A stretch of 64,000 bases of DNA. Source: Candidatus Poribacteria bacterium. GTDB lineage: Bacteria; Poribacteria; WGA-4E; WGA-3G. Shown piece by piece: positions 48,326-58,627 of this stretch. The notes under the pieces are model-generated. The model was not told the origin of the DNA and did not search any database. It was given only the letters and a program-made list of their open reading frames with translations. The first letter of the stretch is position 1; every line of letters starts with the position of its first letter. A program made the translations under genes and the position numbers. Location of the stretch: contig OZ251518.1 in assembly GCA_965242965.1 (NCBI GenBank), positions 2,848,001 through 2,912,000 of the forward strand, in the 5' to 3' direction.

Positions 48326-49459
48326 TTATCCATCAAGCAACCGTTGGTATTCCTGATACGTCCGTTCGGCAATTGTCTCCCACGTAAAATTTTGCACCCG
48401 TGTTAACCCGCGCTGGATAAGTTTCGTTCGGTGCGCAGTATCGTGCGCGAGCTGATGGATGCACTCGGCTAAAGCGATTGCGTCTGTCTCCGGAAAGACG
48501 AGTCCTGCATCGGCAATGACGTGCGGAATTTCTCCCGAATCAGAACCGATGACAGGCACTTCACACGCCATCGCTTCAATCAACACTCTGCCAAAAAATT
48601 CTACCCATGTCGGCGTGGTTCGAGATGGTAACACGAGCGCGTCCATACAGTTTATATAGGCCGGCACCTCTTCCGGTGGCACGGCATCAATCCAGATAAT
48701 TCTGTCGGCGATGCCGAGTGTATCGGCTGTTCGGCGGAGCATCTGTTCATCTTCACCTTGCCCGACAATTAAAAGTTTGTAGGGCTCGCGTTGCAAGCGC
48801 GCCACCGCGTCTATCAGTGTATCTACCCCCTTCATGTGCAGGAGCCTGCCGACGTACCCCACCACAAAACAGTCAGCAAGTCCGAGGGATTCTCGGAGTT
48901 CCCGCACATCAATTTGATGAAAGAGGCGCGTGTCAACGCCGTTCGGAAACGGCACCTGTCTGCCCGTGTAACCGCGCTGGATTAAAATCTCCCCGGCGTT
49001 TTCACTGAGCGGCAAGGCGAGTTCGGTTTCCCGAAACACGCGCCGTTCTATCCAGACAGGCAAAACCCCGAAGCGTTGCTTCGTCGGGATGCTCAGCGAC
49101 GTGCGGAAGATAAAGCGGCTGTTTGGACAGAGCTGCCGCTTCAACCGAACCGCCTGCAAGGCATTGAGACTCCACGCCTCTTCCTCCAGATGGACAATAT
49201 CCGGTTGGAAGTCGCGGAAGTGTCGCTTCAGTCCGCGCCGGTAGTAAAAGCGGCTGCCATAACCAGAGAATCGGATAGGGCACGGAAATTCCTCACAGCG
49301 CGTGTCAGCCGCCGGTTCAAAGACAATCTCCTGGAAACTTTCATACCAACGCTCCGGTGTAATTACGCGCAGCGTGACATCAGGTTTCTCCGCGATGAGC
49401 GCGAATTTCCGCCGATACGGCTTCATGATATAGGAATGGGAGAGGACTAAGACGCGCAC
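48326..49459 (-). CDS. Glycosyltransferase family 4
   Basis: PNGVD, GYVGRL..KG, LVLPSRT..W.E.FGRVLIEAMACEVPVIGSDSG; GTG start. Confidence 0.92.
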   Translation of the reverse strand: MRVLVLSHSYIMKPYRRKFALIAEKPDVTLRVITPERWYESFQEIVFEPAADTRCEEFPCPIRFSGYGSRFYYRRGLKRHFRDFQPDIVHLEEEAWSLNALQAVRLKRQLCPNSRFIFRTSLSIPTKQRFGVLPVWIERRVFRETELALPLSENAGEILIQRGYTGRQVPFPNGVDTRLFHQIDVRELRESLGLADCFVVGYVGRLLHMKGVDTLIDAVARLQREPYKLLIVGQGEDEQMLRRTADTLGIADRIIWIDAVPPEEVPAYINCMDALVLPSRTTPTWVEFFGRVLIEAMACEVPVIGSDSGEIPHVIADAGLVFPETDAIALAECIHQLAHDTAHRTKLIQRGLTRVQNFTWETIAERTYQEYQRLLDG

Positions 49460-49463
49460 GAGT

Positions 49464-49889
49464 TTATGCCTCGGTATCGTCCGTTTTAACCGATTCAGCG
49501 GTATCTTCCACCGATGCAACGGGTGCAGCGGGCCCCGGCGTGAAGACGATGCTCTCTTCCGTTTCCTCATCAGTGGAAGCCGCTGCATCATCCTCACCGG
49601 CTTCACTTGTGTCGGCGAGGACTGTCATCAACTCCTCAAGCCGCTGGCGAATGCCGGCGCGTTCCTCTTGTGCGGTTAACTTCTCCAATTCGTAAGCCTC
49701 GTTCAGGTTGCTGTTGCGGGTTTCCAATTCTTGAATCTGCGCGTCGCGCTGCAGCACATCGCTGGTGAGCCGCGCGATTTCAGCCTCAAGTTCCAATTTC
49801 TCCGCCCGCAATTTCTGAACCGTCGCAATGGCGAGTTCAACGTGTTCTTCCAAAAGGGCAACAACGTTTTTTTCGGGTGATTCAGTCAT
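49464..49889 (-). CDS. Coiled-coil protein, ZapB-like
   Basis: GGAGG RBS; LEE.V..AI..V..LR.E heptads, IRQRLEELM, acidic tail. Confidence 0.6.
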   Translation of the reverse strand: MTESPEKNVVALLEEHVELAIATVQKLRAEKLELEAEIARLTSDVLQRDAQIQELETRNSNLNEAYELEKLTAQEERAGIRQRLEELMTVLADTSEAGEDDAAASTDEETEESIVFTPGPAAPVASVEDTAESVKTDDTEA

Positions 49890-49967
49890 AATACCTCCAT
49901 TCTCCCTTGCTAATTAGCAGGTTGTAATGCCCGCCGCTATCGTCGCAAGCGACGGGCATCATGGTTG

Positions 49968-50474
49968 TTAATCACAAGAACATGCGCTAGCGTATGAAGC
50001 ACCACAAGCATCGCATGCACCCATAATTTTGCGAAATCGCTTGTGGGTTTCTCTATTCGCTTCTATATGTGCAAATCCGTGCCACTCAGAAGCCGCTTTT
50101 CGCTCAAGATAGTCAGTAGAATTTGGAAATTCTCGTATAAACTCTCTTCGCCGATTAGACTTAATCTGCTCGTAATCTAAACGAAGCACGCGGTCCAAGT
50201 CTGTGCTGTATTCTTCGCAATCGTCTAGCCAAGCGTCATAATTACGCTCACGCACTTCGCGCGCCGCACGTCGCTCGGATTCGTGCTTTCGCCACTCCTC
50301 GTTGGAACGCCTTATTCGATCATCCTCAATCGCCTTCCATATCAAGTGTAGGACAAAGCATGCACCAGAAGAGATGACAATAAAGTTCACGTAGTCAACG
50401 AATGGCGCATCGTTATTGGCAAGTACAACAATGCCTATGATTAGGATTAACCAAAACATTAATGTCTCCTTCAA
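49968..50474 (-). CDS. Hypothetical membrane protein with C-terminal Cys cluster
   Basis: Two N-terminal TMs; CDACG...CSC end; more AT-rich than neighbours; start may be the ATG at about 50459. Confidence 0.55.
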   Translation of the reverse strand: MKETLMFWLILIIGIVVLANNDAPFVDYVNFIVISSGACFVLHLIWKAIEDDRIRRSNEEWRKHESERRAAREVRERNYDAWLDDCEEYSTDLDRVLRLDYEQIKSNRRREFIREFPNSTDYLERKAASEWHGFAHIEANRETHKRFRKIMGACDACGASYASACSCD

Positions 50475-50703
50475 TTCTCCGTTGCTTGCTAATTAGCAAG
50501 CATAGGGTGGGGAGCAGGCCCCCGCCCTACACTTACCCTAACGCAGCGCATTACCACGCCGTATAGTCCGCCAAGAATAGCGCACGGACTACAGACTGGG
50601 TCAAGGTGGGTGCCTCTTCGCTTATCTCTAGCTCGCCCAACTCGTAGAGCCCCTCGATGATGTTCGGAAGGGACACTAACGGCGAACAGCCAATTATTAA
50701 TCT

Positions 50704-50915
50704 GAGGGTGTTTCATAATTCGATGCAATACCGTGGGAGAAACCTCCCTGTCTCGATGTTCCCGTAGCGCGGGGGCCTGTCCCCCGCGAGCGTTGGATGA
50801 CGCGAGCGATGGCGAGGGAAACCCGCTCGCATGCGCGTGTGGCATGCGAGGGCCCTCGCCCTACGGTGAGGGAGTAGCGTTTTTTTCGTAGCGCGGGGGC
50901 CTGTCCCCCGCGAGC
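50704..50915. repeat. REP mosaic with left TIR
   Basis: GAGGGTGTTTCATAAT followed by GTAG palindromes. Confidence 0.8.
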
Positions 50916-50923
50916 CTCTCCTA

Positions 50924-51853
50924 TCAAAACGGCTGAGAAATGAGCGACAGATGTTCATCATCTGCCCAATTCGGACATTCATGCACGTAGTGGAAAAGAT
51001 ACTGCTGCGCGTATCCGACACCCTCGCCGAAATAGGTTTGCGCAAATTCACGGATTTCGCGCGGTTTCGCCTCCCCGCGGAGATACAGCGTCTCAAAAAT
51101 CCGCTTTATCCAGACATCAATCGGCAGTGCTTCCAAGTGCCCGAGCGAAAAGAGACAGATACAATCCGCGACTTTCTCGCCGATGCCTTTACGTTGCATT
51201 AAGACGCGCTTCGCTTCCGGATAGGGCAACCGTTTTACTTCGGGGAGCGAGAGTTCGCCGCTCACGACAGCTTGCGCGGCACCTTTTAAGTAACCTGCAC
51301 GGTAGCCGGTCCCGCAAGCGAGGAGCTCGTCAATCTCTGCCGCAGCGAGCGCGGACGCGGTAGGGAAACTGTAATCAACGTATCTCTCCAGCGTCAGTTT
51401 CTCTCCGAAGCGTTCGGAAAGCCTGTGGATAATGCCGCGTATCCGCGGCACGTTGTTGTTCTGCGATAAGATGAACGACGCGAGTGTCTCCCAGAGTTCT
51501 TGGTTCAGGATGCGCATCCCCCACAACCGCTGAATGGCGCGATGGATGTAGGCATCGGTATCAACGGCGGCAAGAATACTAGGCACATCGCGTTCAATGT
51601 CAAGATAGTGGCGCAGGAATGCCGTTAACTGCGCCGCATCTTCCGGGGCAGAACTTGCAACCGACAAGGTGATGCTGTCTTGTCTCTCGTCTGTTGCGCT
51701 CAACTTGAGTATCCGTCCCTCCACGACACCGTAGTAGGCATCTTCGACGCGGTTCCATCGAAACGACTGCCCTGATTCAAGGGTATATTTCAGATTGAAA
51801 TCGGTTACGCCCTGCATTTGCATTGCGAAAATTCCTTGCGTGCTTTTTTTCAA
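50924..51853 (-). CDS. ogg: 8-oxoguanine DNA glycosylase (OGG1-like, HhH-GPD)
   Basis: TLESGQSFRW, GMRILNQ, SFILSQNNN, GYRA.Y, GIGEKVADC, PIDVW, GYAQQYLF. Confidence 0.92.
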   Translation of the reverse strand: MKKSTQGIFAMQMQGVTDFNLKYTLESGQSFRWNRVEDAYYGVVEGRILKLSATDERQDSITLSVASSAPEDAAQLTAFLRHYLDIERDVPSILAAVDTDAYIHRAIQRLWGMRILNQELWETLASFILSQNNNVPRIRGIIHRLSERFGEKLTLERYVDYSFPTASALAAAEIDELLACGTGYRAGYLKGAAQAVVSGELSLPEVKRLPYPEAKRVLMQRKGIGEKVADCICLFSLGHLEALPIDVWIKRIFETLYLRGEAKPREIREFAQTYFGEGVGYAQQYLFHYVHECPNWADDEHLSLISQPF

Positions 51854-51934
51854 TTAGTATACACCGATTTTAGAAAATAGTCAAGTTTTTATGAAATAAT
51901 TTCGCAGCACAAGAAAATTCAATGCACCAATGAT

Positions 51935-52250
51935 TCGCGTTGAAGCAGGATTTACAAGAGTATCACGATTTGAAGCAGGATTACCACGATTATCACGATT
52001 TGAAGCAGGATTTACACGATTATCACGATTTATCAGGATTAGGGCTCTGACGACACCAGCACCATTTTGGCAGACCACGGCGGTGGCGGTGCATCAGAAT
52101 CTATCTTGCTCATCTTGTCAAATCTTGAAAATCCTGCTCATCTCTTGCGAAATCTCGAAAATCCTGCTACCGTTTTGGCAGACCACGGCGGTATCGGTGC
52201 ATCACAAACTAGAATCTTGAAAAATCTTGCAAAATCTCGAAAATCCTGCT
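51935..52250. repeat. Short tandem repeats (GAAGCAGGATT..ACGATTATCACGATTT and inverse AAATCCTGCT)
   Basis: Three direct units of about 30 bp, inverted related units, and duplicated TTTTGGCAGACCACGGCGGT. Confidence 0.8.
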
Positions 52251-52351
52251 CCATTTTGCCCAAAATAAAAAAATTTGACATTTGCCCAAGTTTCGTGTAT
52301 ACTATTAATATGGAAGTTCTATAGCACTCGATCAGGAGATACCTTTCAGCA

Positions 52352-54307
52352 ATGATTATCTTTTTACGTGAAAAATTTATCGCGCAACTCTTTATGTGGG
52401 TAATCGCCATCGTCTTCTTGGTAGGCACCGTGCTGCTTTACAACAATTCACAAGGCGGCAGCGGCGGCCCCGAGACAGAAGTCGTCCTTCGCCTAGGCGA
52501 TGCCGAAGTCACGCGCGGGGATTTTGAGCGCGCCGTCGCAGACGCAATGCGCTCCGCACGAAACCAACGATTCGGCGGTGAACCAGACCGCGAGGAAACG
52601 CAAAAATCAGTCATCGAACAGTGGATTCAGCAGACTATCCTCAGCAGCGCAACGGTGAGTGATGCCGAGGTAGAACGCTACATCCGTAGTGACACAAACA
52701 GGGTGAGTCTTTACAACCGTTACCTGCAAAACGGATGGGAGGAACTTTACACGCAAAACGTTCGCTTACAACTCAGCGCGACGACACTGCGCGATACTAT
52801 CCAAAACCTAGAATTGGTAACGGATACCGAAGTCGAACAAGATTTTCGGCTTGAGGCGGACAAGGCAAAACTGAAGTTCATTGAATTCCGGCACGCCGAT
52901 TACACCGCTGTCATTGAGGTGGACGACGCTGAAGCGGAAAAGCACTTTGAGGCAAACCGTGACACCTATAAGGCAGAAGAACAGGTGAACGTCAAGTTTA
53001 TCAAAGTGACACCGGCGGATTACGTCACCGAATCGGACGTTCAAGCCTATTACGATGAAAACCCAGGGGAATTCACAACGGTGGAAGCTGTCAGAGCACG
53101 GCACATCTTGAAAAAATTCCCCGACAATGTCACCGACGAACAGAAAGCCGAGGTGAAGACAGCAGCAGAGGAACTGCTCAAGACTGTGAACGAGGAATTG
53201 GCGAAGGGTGCCACATTTGCCGAACTCGCCGAGAAGCATTCGGAAGGCCCCTCGGCTAGCCAAGGCGGCGCGTTAACAGGCTCCAATGCAAACCTGCCGC
53301 CGGGTGCCTATTTCGCGCGCGGCGACATGGTGAAACCCTTTGAAGAAGCCTGTTTTGACACGCTGAACCCCGGCGAAGTCAGCGAACTTGTCGAAACGCA
53401 ATTCGGGTATCATATTATCACCTTAGAGGAGAAGAAACCGCCGGAGACAAAACCGTTTGACCAGGTGCAGTATGACATCCAGCAAAAACTGGTGAAAATT
53501 CGGGGCACCGAAGAAGCACGGAGAGTCGCGACGGACCTGCTCTACGAGGTAGAGATTACCGATTATGATACCGCGCTCACACTAGACGCATATCAGGAGA
53601 AAGCACTCTCGGTGAACGAAACCGGACTCTTCCGCAGTGATGACGCGGCGATTCCTGAAATCGGTCCGACATGGAGTCACCGCGGGCTCATCGAAGCACT
53701 CTTTGACATGGAAGTCGGCGTGATTAAAGTGGTTGAAGGCAAAAAAACAAACGGTGAGGTTGAAGCGTTTTTTATCGCTACCGTGCTTGAGAAAAAACCG
53801 GCGGCGATCCCGCCATTCGCCGAGATAAAGGCGACGGTCATCGAAGACGTGCGGCTAGAAAAGGCGAAAGAACGTGCCTTCGCAGACGCGCAAAACCTTG
53901 TGAATCAACACACAGCCGACGCATCGATTGATGCCCTACTGAAGAAGTATCAGGCACCCGAAGGCCTCACGGCAGAACGGCTCTCCGTTCAAGAGAGCAG
54001 TCTGTTCGCGCGCGCTGCTAACAGCGACTACATTGGTGGTATGGGGAATTCGGAGGAGGCGATGTTCGCCGCGTTCCTGATGAAGGTAGATGAAATCCGC
54101 GGTCCGCTCAAAGGCGATAGTGCAGTCTACATCGTCCAACTCGTCGAACGGCAGGCACCCGATTTGGAAACCTTCAAAACGGATACCGATGAGCAGACGC
54201 GGCATCGTCAGGCACTCATTCAGGTGAAAAAGCGGGAGGCGTATCTGAACTGGTTCGCCGCGCGGAAGAAGCAGAGCGACCCGTGGATACATGCCGATTA
54301 TCGTTAA
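52352..54307 (+). CDS. ppiD: PpiD/SurA-like parvulin chaperone
   Basis: N-terminal TM; VRARHIL, FAELAEKHSE, MVKPFEEA.F, VETQFGYHII. Confidence 0.85.
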   Translation: MIIFLREKFIAQLFMWVIAIVFLVGTVLLYNNSQGGSGGPETEVVLRLGDAEVTRGDFERAVADAMRSARNQRFGGEPDREETQKSVIEQWIQQTILSSATVSDAEVERYIRSDTNRVSLYNRYLQNGWEELYTQNVRLQLSATTLRDTIQNLELVTDTEVEQDFRLEADKAKLKFIEFRHADYTAVIEVDDAEAEKHFEANRDTYKAEEQVNVKFIKVTPADYVTESDVQAYYDENPGEFTTVEAVRARHILKKFPDNVTDEQKAEVKTAAEELLKTVNEELAKGATFAELAEKHSEGPSASQGGALTGSNANLPPGAYFARGDMVKPFEEACFDTLNPGEVSELVETQFGYHIITLEEKKPPETKPFDQVQYDIQQKLVKIRGTEEARRVATDLLYEVEITDYDTALTLDAYQEKALSVNETGLFRSDDAAIPEIGPTWSHRGLIEALFDMEVGVIKVVEGKKTNGEVEAFFIATVLEKKPAAIPPFAEIKATVIEDVRLEKAKERAFADAQNLVNQHTADASIDALLKKYQAPEGLTAERLSVQESSLFARAANSDYIGGMGNSEEAMFAAFLMKVDEIRGPLKGDSAVYIVQLVERQAPDLETFKTDTDEQTRHRQALIQVKKREAYLNWFAARKKQSDPWIHADYR

Positions 54308-54334
54308 AACGCCGAGGCCTCGCAAGCGATGTCC

Positions 54335-54654
54335 CCGTAGGAGAGACCTCCTGGTCTCGATGCAATAGGGCGGCAGAAAGCCCCCTTTCATCGTAGGGCG
54401 AGGGCCCTCGCATGCCACACGCGCATGCGAGCGGGTTCCCCTCGCCATCGTTCGCGCAATCCAACGATCGCGGGGGACAGGCCCCCGCGCTACGGTGAAA
54501 ATCAGACGCTCCTCACCTCTGTAGGGCAAGATCGCCTGATCTTGACCTGTTCGGGATCAGGCGCTCCCGAACTACAGAGGTGGGCCCGATGCCTTCCGAA
54601 TCGCTCGGGGTGGCACGAAACCATTTTGACAACAACGACTTATGAAACACCCTC
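54335..54654. repeat. REP mosaic with right TIR
   Basis: Four REP classes followed by TTATGAAACACCCTC. Confidence 0.8.
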
Positions 54655-54658
54655 AGCT

Positions 54659-55726
54659 TTAATTAAGGTGTTCGTAAAAGAAATTGCGGCGTTTCGCAGT
54701 ATACCCTAACTCGGCGATAGTCCGTTCGATCTCCTCAATCGGCATGCAGTAAACAGTGCCGGCCTTGCTGACAACGTTCTCCTCTATCATCGTGCCGCCC
54801 ATGTCGTTGGCACCGAATTTGAGGGAGAGTTGCCCAATTTTAGGGCCCTGCGTTACCCAGGAAGATTGGAAATTGTCAAAGTTATCAAGGAACAGGCGTG
54901 AAATCGCCAAGGTTTTGAGGTATTCAAAACTGCCGGCAGGTGGGATGTGCGCCAGCTCGGTGTTGTTCGGCTGGAGGGACCAGCAGATAAACGCCGTGAA
55001 CCCGCCTGTCTCGTCTTGTAAATCGCGCAGGCGGACGAGGTGCTCCACGCGCTCGGCATAAGTCTCCACATGTCCATACATCATCGTGGCACTGGATTTG
55101 AGCCCGACGAGATGGCCCTGTCGCATGACTTCTAGCCATTCGTCGGCGGTGCATTTTTTCGGGCTGATTTCGTGGCGCGCGTGCTCGGTTAAAATTTCGG
55201 CACCGCCGCCCGGGATAGAATCAAGGCCTGCATCGCGCAGGCGGATGAGCACATCACGGAGCGGCATGCGGTTAATTTTGGCGAACCAGTCAAGTTCAGG
55301 CGGCGAGAAGCCGTGGATGTGGATGCGATAGTTCGCTTTAATCCAGCGGAGGAGCTCTTCATACCAGTCCAATTTGAGTTTTGGATGCAAGCCACCTTGC
55401 ATGAGAATGAGCTCACCGCCCAAGTCCAGCGTTTCTTGAATCTTCTGTCCCAGTTCCTCGCGTTCCATGACATAGGCATCCGGGTCGCGGCGGTGACGGT
55501 AAAAAGCGCAAAAATCGCAATCGACGTAACACCAATTCGTGTAGTTGATGTTCCTGTCAACGATGTAAGTGACGTAGCCTTCCGGATGTTTGCGTTGGCG
55601 CGCCATATCGGCGGCGTGCCCCAAAGCGAGGAGTTCGTGGCTTTTGAAAAGCGTCACGCCATCGTCAAAATCCAAACGCTCACCGGCTAGCGATTTTTCT
55701 AAAATAGGTTGAATGGTTTTGTCCAT
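54659..55726 (-). CDS. mqnC: Cyclic dehypoxanthinyl futalosine synthase (radical SAM)
   Basis: YIVDRNINYTNWCYVDCDFCAFY, LMQGGLHP, SIPGGGAEIL, QSSWVTQG, GANDMGGTMIEENVV. Confidence 0.92.
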   Translation of the reverse strand: MDKTIQPILEKSLAGERLDFDDGVTLFKSHELLALGHAADMARQRKHPEGYVTYIVDRNINYTNWCYVDCDFCAFYRHRRDPDAYVMEREELGQKIQETLDLGGELILMQGGLHPKLKLDWYEELLRWIKANYRIHIHGFSPPELDWFAKINRMPLRDVLIRLRDAGLDSIPGGGAEILTEHARHEISPKKCTADEWLEVMRQGHLVGLKSSATMMYGHVETYAERVEHLVRLRDLQDETGGFTAFICWSLQPNNTELAHIPPAGSFEYLKTLAISRLFLDNFDNFQSSWVTQGPKIGQLSLKFGANDMGGTMIEENVVSKAGTVYCMPIEEIERTIAELGYTAKRRNFFYEHLN

Positions 55727-55941
55727 ACGGTTGTCCTTAGGAAAAACGGGCGAAATTGCGCGACGCGCGCAGTTTTTCCCCGCACAAAAAGGTCAATTTA
55801 TCAATTTTATTGTAAATTTTACCACTTTTTCGCGCATTTGTCAACTTTTTTGACATTTTAATTTGACATTCGGAGAAAAATTGGGTATAATTATAATTGC
55901 GTTTGGATATTCGTGCATTTATTTCTGCAGGAGGAATCACA

Positions 55942-56292
55942 ATGGCAGTTGTTTACCACGAAGACTTGGCGAAGGATAACGAAGACTATAATAAATATCA
56001 GGCGGTGAACGTCATCGCACAGCGCGCGCGCGAGTTAAATGCGCGCGGATTACCGGGCGGCTCTGTCGGTGTCCGGCAGAAACTCGTTATCGTCGCTACC
56101 CAGGAATTGGTTGATGGAACAATCAAATATGAGAAAGGCACCGCGAAAGCACCGGCTACGGGGCTCATGTCCATGTTTGAAGAACCGATAGAATCTCCAG
56201 ACGACGATGGCTGGAACGAAGGAATCTTTGAAGAGAATCTCCTCGCCCAGGAAGACGAACCGGAAGAAGTTGAACCCGAAGAGGGGCTTTAG
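55942..56292 (+). CDS. rpoZ: RNA polymerase omega subunit with acidic C-terminal extension
   Basis: AGGAGG RBS; NKYQAVNVIAQRAREL, K.V.VA.QEL..G; TTGACA-17-TATAAT upstream. Confidence 0.8.
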   Translation: MAVVYHEDLAKDNEDYNKYQAVNVIAQRARELNARGLPGGSVGVRQKLVIVATQELVDGTIKYEKGTAKAPATGLMSMFEEPIESPDDDGWNEGIFEENLLAQEDEPEEVEPEEGL

Positions 56293-56412
56293 CGGCACGG
56301 ACGCATGCCGGAAATCGTGCCGCCGCGCTAGCATCCAATTTTTTCTTGACAAACGGGAAAAAAGTGGGTATAATTACGTAGCATCGGTTTTACGATGCGA
56401 ATTCTCGTCATC

Positions 56413-56484
56413 GCTGACGTGGCTCAATGGTAGAGCAAGTGATTTGTAATCACTAGGTTGGAGGTTCGATTCCTCTCGTCAGCT
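56413..56484 (+). tRNA. tRNA-Thr(TGT)
   Basis: Cloverleaf; AGTGA-TTTGTAA-TCACT. Confidence 0.95.
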
Positions 56485-56521
56485 TCTTCTAACGTAAGCG
56501 TCAAGGTTGATAACTAAATAC

Positions 56522-56603
56522 GGGGGCGTGCTTGAGTGGTCAAAAAGGGCAGACTGTAAATCTGTTGGCAATGCCTACGGTGGTTCAAATCCATCCGCCC
56601 CCA
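56522..56603 (+). tRNA. tRNA-Tyr(GTA)
   Basis: GCAGA-CTGTAAA-TCTGT; long variable arm. Confidence 0.95.
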
Positions 56604-56627
56604 TCGTTTTCTAGCAAGTGCATTTGC

Positions 56628-56700
56628 GCGGGAGTAGCTCAGCTGGTAGAGCATTGGCCTTCCAAGCCATGTGTCGCGGGTTCAAATCCCGTCTCCCGCT
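56628..56700 (+). tRNA. tRNA-Gly(TCC)
   Basis: TGGC-CTTCCAA-GCCA. Confidence 0.95.
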
Positions 56701-56720
56701 CATAGCCATTTTTCTTGTTT

Positions 56721-56796
<76 letters not shown>

Positions 56797-56851
56797 TTTA
56801 TCGGCACGTCGCATGCGTCGGCGTGCAACTTGTCCGAATAGGGTATCAATA

Positions 56852-57004
<153 letters not shown>

Positions 57005-57033
57005 CGCGTCCAAACCGAGACGAAACAGCGTGT

Positions 57034-57107
57034 AGGCCAGTAGCTCCAACGGCTAGAGCGTCGGTCTCCAAAACCGAATGTTGGGGGTTCGAATCCCTCC
57101 TGGCCTG
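57034..57107 (+). tRNA. tRNA-Trp(CCA)
   Basis: TCGGT-CTCCAAA-ACCGA; canonical position before secE. Confidence 0.95.
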
Positions 57108-57119
57108 CCTTTTTGTATT

Positions 57120-57500
57120 ATGATTGCTCGCATCAAAAGTTATCTTCACGGAATTAATTTGGAATGGCAGAAGGTGTCTAAACCTGACTCAAGAGAGGTT
57201 CAGGGCAGCACCATCACCGTCATCGTGGGCTGTGCCCTGTTGGGCCTCTTCATCTTTTTAGTCGATGGCAACGCCGGGGCCCCCGCATGGAACAATCCAA
57301 TTTTTCTCCTCTTGCTCGTTGGGCTCCCGATAGGCATCTTTTCCCTTGCGCGAAACTGGGAGAGCCACGCGACGCTTGCAACCGCCGTCGCTTGTGTGCC
57401 GTTAGTTTTTGTGCTCGTGAGCCAATTCGCCCTCAGCCTAGAGGCACCGTTCGGAAACGGGTTCGGGTTGGCATTCCTCCGGGCACTCTTCATCCGTTGA
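57120..57500 (+). CDS. secE: Preprotein translocase SecE with C-terminal extra TMs
   Basis: YL.GI..EWQKVSKP..REV..ST..V..TM..D; located between tRNA-Trp and nusG. Confidence 0.85.
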   Translation: MIARIKSYLHGINLEWQKVSKPDSREVQGSTITVIVGCALLGLFIFLVDGNAGAPAWNNPIFLLLLVGLPIGIFSLARNWESHATLATAVACVPLVFVLVSQFALSLEAPFGNGFGLAFLRALFIR

Positions 57501-57513
57501 GAGGGATATCGGA

Positions 57514-58098
57514 ATGAATGATAACGGAATGAATATGGACGGATACTGGTATGTTGTCCAAGTCTACACCGGACACGAAAACAAGGTGAAACTCAGCTTG
57601 GAGAACATGGTAGCGCGGGAAGGCATCCAGAACGAAATCCTCCAAGTCAAAGTGCCGCTCACTGAAGTCGTTGAGGTGAAAGACAGCAAGCGCAAGGTGA
57701 GCTCGCGGCCCTCTTATCCGGGATACGTTCTCATCAACACACTGCACGAACTGGGGCCCTATGTTGAACCCCAGATCGGACAGCAAAGCTGGTCCCTCAT
57801 TCAAGAGACTACCGGGGTGATGAATTTCCTGGGTCCCAACGCAAGTCCAACCGCGTTGGATGAGGACGACGTTCAAGCGATGCTGAGCATGGCAACGTTA
57901 GAAGAGGAGCAGCCCCCGACACCGGTTATCGAATTTGAGGTAGGCGACGAAGTGAAGGTGATTGACGGACCTTTCAGTGGATTCCCCGCCGAGGTTCAAG
58001 GCATTGACACGGAACGCCAGCGGTTAAGCCTCAGCATTACCATCTTCGGACGCTCAACGCCTGTTGAATTGGGTTTCCTAGAAGTGGAGAGGTTGTAA
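57514..58098 (+). CDS. nusG: Transcription factor NusG
   Basis: WYVVQVYTGHENKV, YPGYVL, KOW V.VIDGPF.GF, IFGRSTPVEL. Confidence 0.97.
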   Translation: MNDNGMNMDGYWYVVQVYTGHENKVKLSLENMVAREGIQNEILQVKVPLTEVVEVKDSKRKVSSRPSYPGYVLINTLHELGPYVEPQIGQQSWSLIQETTGVMNFLGPNASPTALDEDDVQAMLSMATLEEEQPPTPVIEFEVGDEVKVIDGPFSGFPAEVQGIDTERQRLSLSITIFGRSTPVELGFLEVERL

Positions 58099-58173
58099 GC
58101 CCAAATTCCCCTCTATAGTTTGCACTGCGGGAAACCCGGGTCAAAACCGTTTTCGTGAAGGAGTAAGGAACGC

Positions 58174-58596
58174 ATGGCAAAAAAAGTATCAGGAGAAGTG
58201 AAGCTCCAATTAGTCTCTGGGCAGGCAACACCGCAGCCCCCTGTCGGTCCCAGCCTTGCGCCCTATATGATTAATCTGCAGGAGTTCATCAAATCCTTTA
58301 ACGCGCAAACGCAGCACCAAACGGGGATGGTGGTAACCACCCTCATCACCTGTTACAACGACCGGTCATTTACGTTCGTCGTGAAATCGCCGCCAGCGGC
58401 GGTTTTGCTGAAATCAGCGGCGAAAATCGCGAAAGGTTCAAGTGAACCGAATCGGACGAAGGTTGCGTCTGTTACGCCGGACCAGATTCGCGAGATTGCG
58501 CAGACGAAATTGCCCGATTTAAACACAACGGATCTAGAAGCCGCGATGCGGATGGTAGAAGGCACCGCCCGCAGCATGGGGTTGAACATCGGCTAG
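58174..58596 (+). CDS. rplK: 50S ribosomal protein L11
   Basis: [28 protein letters not shown]. Confidence 0.97.
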   Translation: MAKKVSGEVKLQLVSGQATPQPPVGPSLAPYMINLQEFIKSFNAQTQHQTGMVVTTLITCYNDRSFTFVVKSPPAAVLLKSAAKIAKGSSEPNRTKVASVTPDQIREIAQTKLPDLNTTDLEAAMRMVEGTARSMGLNIG

Positions 58597-58627
58597 AGAC
58601 GCGGCACACCGCAAGGGAAATAGAGAC

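Noticed and set aside
49920-49970. Integron attC site after the orphan gene
   Set aside because: No convincing RYYYAAC/GTTRRRY pair and no integrase; it looks like a REP-type or terminator hairpin
50500-50700. 6S RNA near the ZapB-like gene
   Set aside because: I could not see the long rod with a central bubble, only local hairpins
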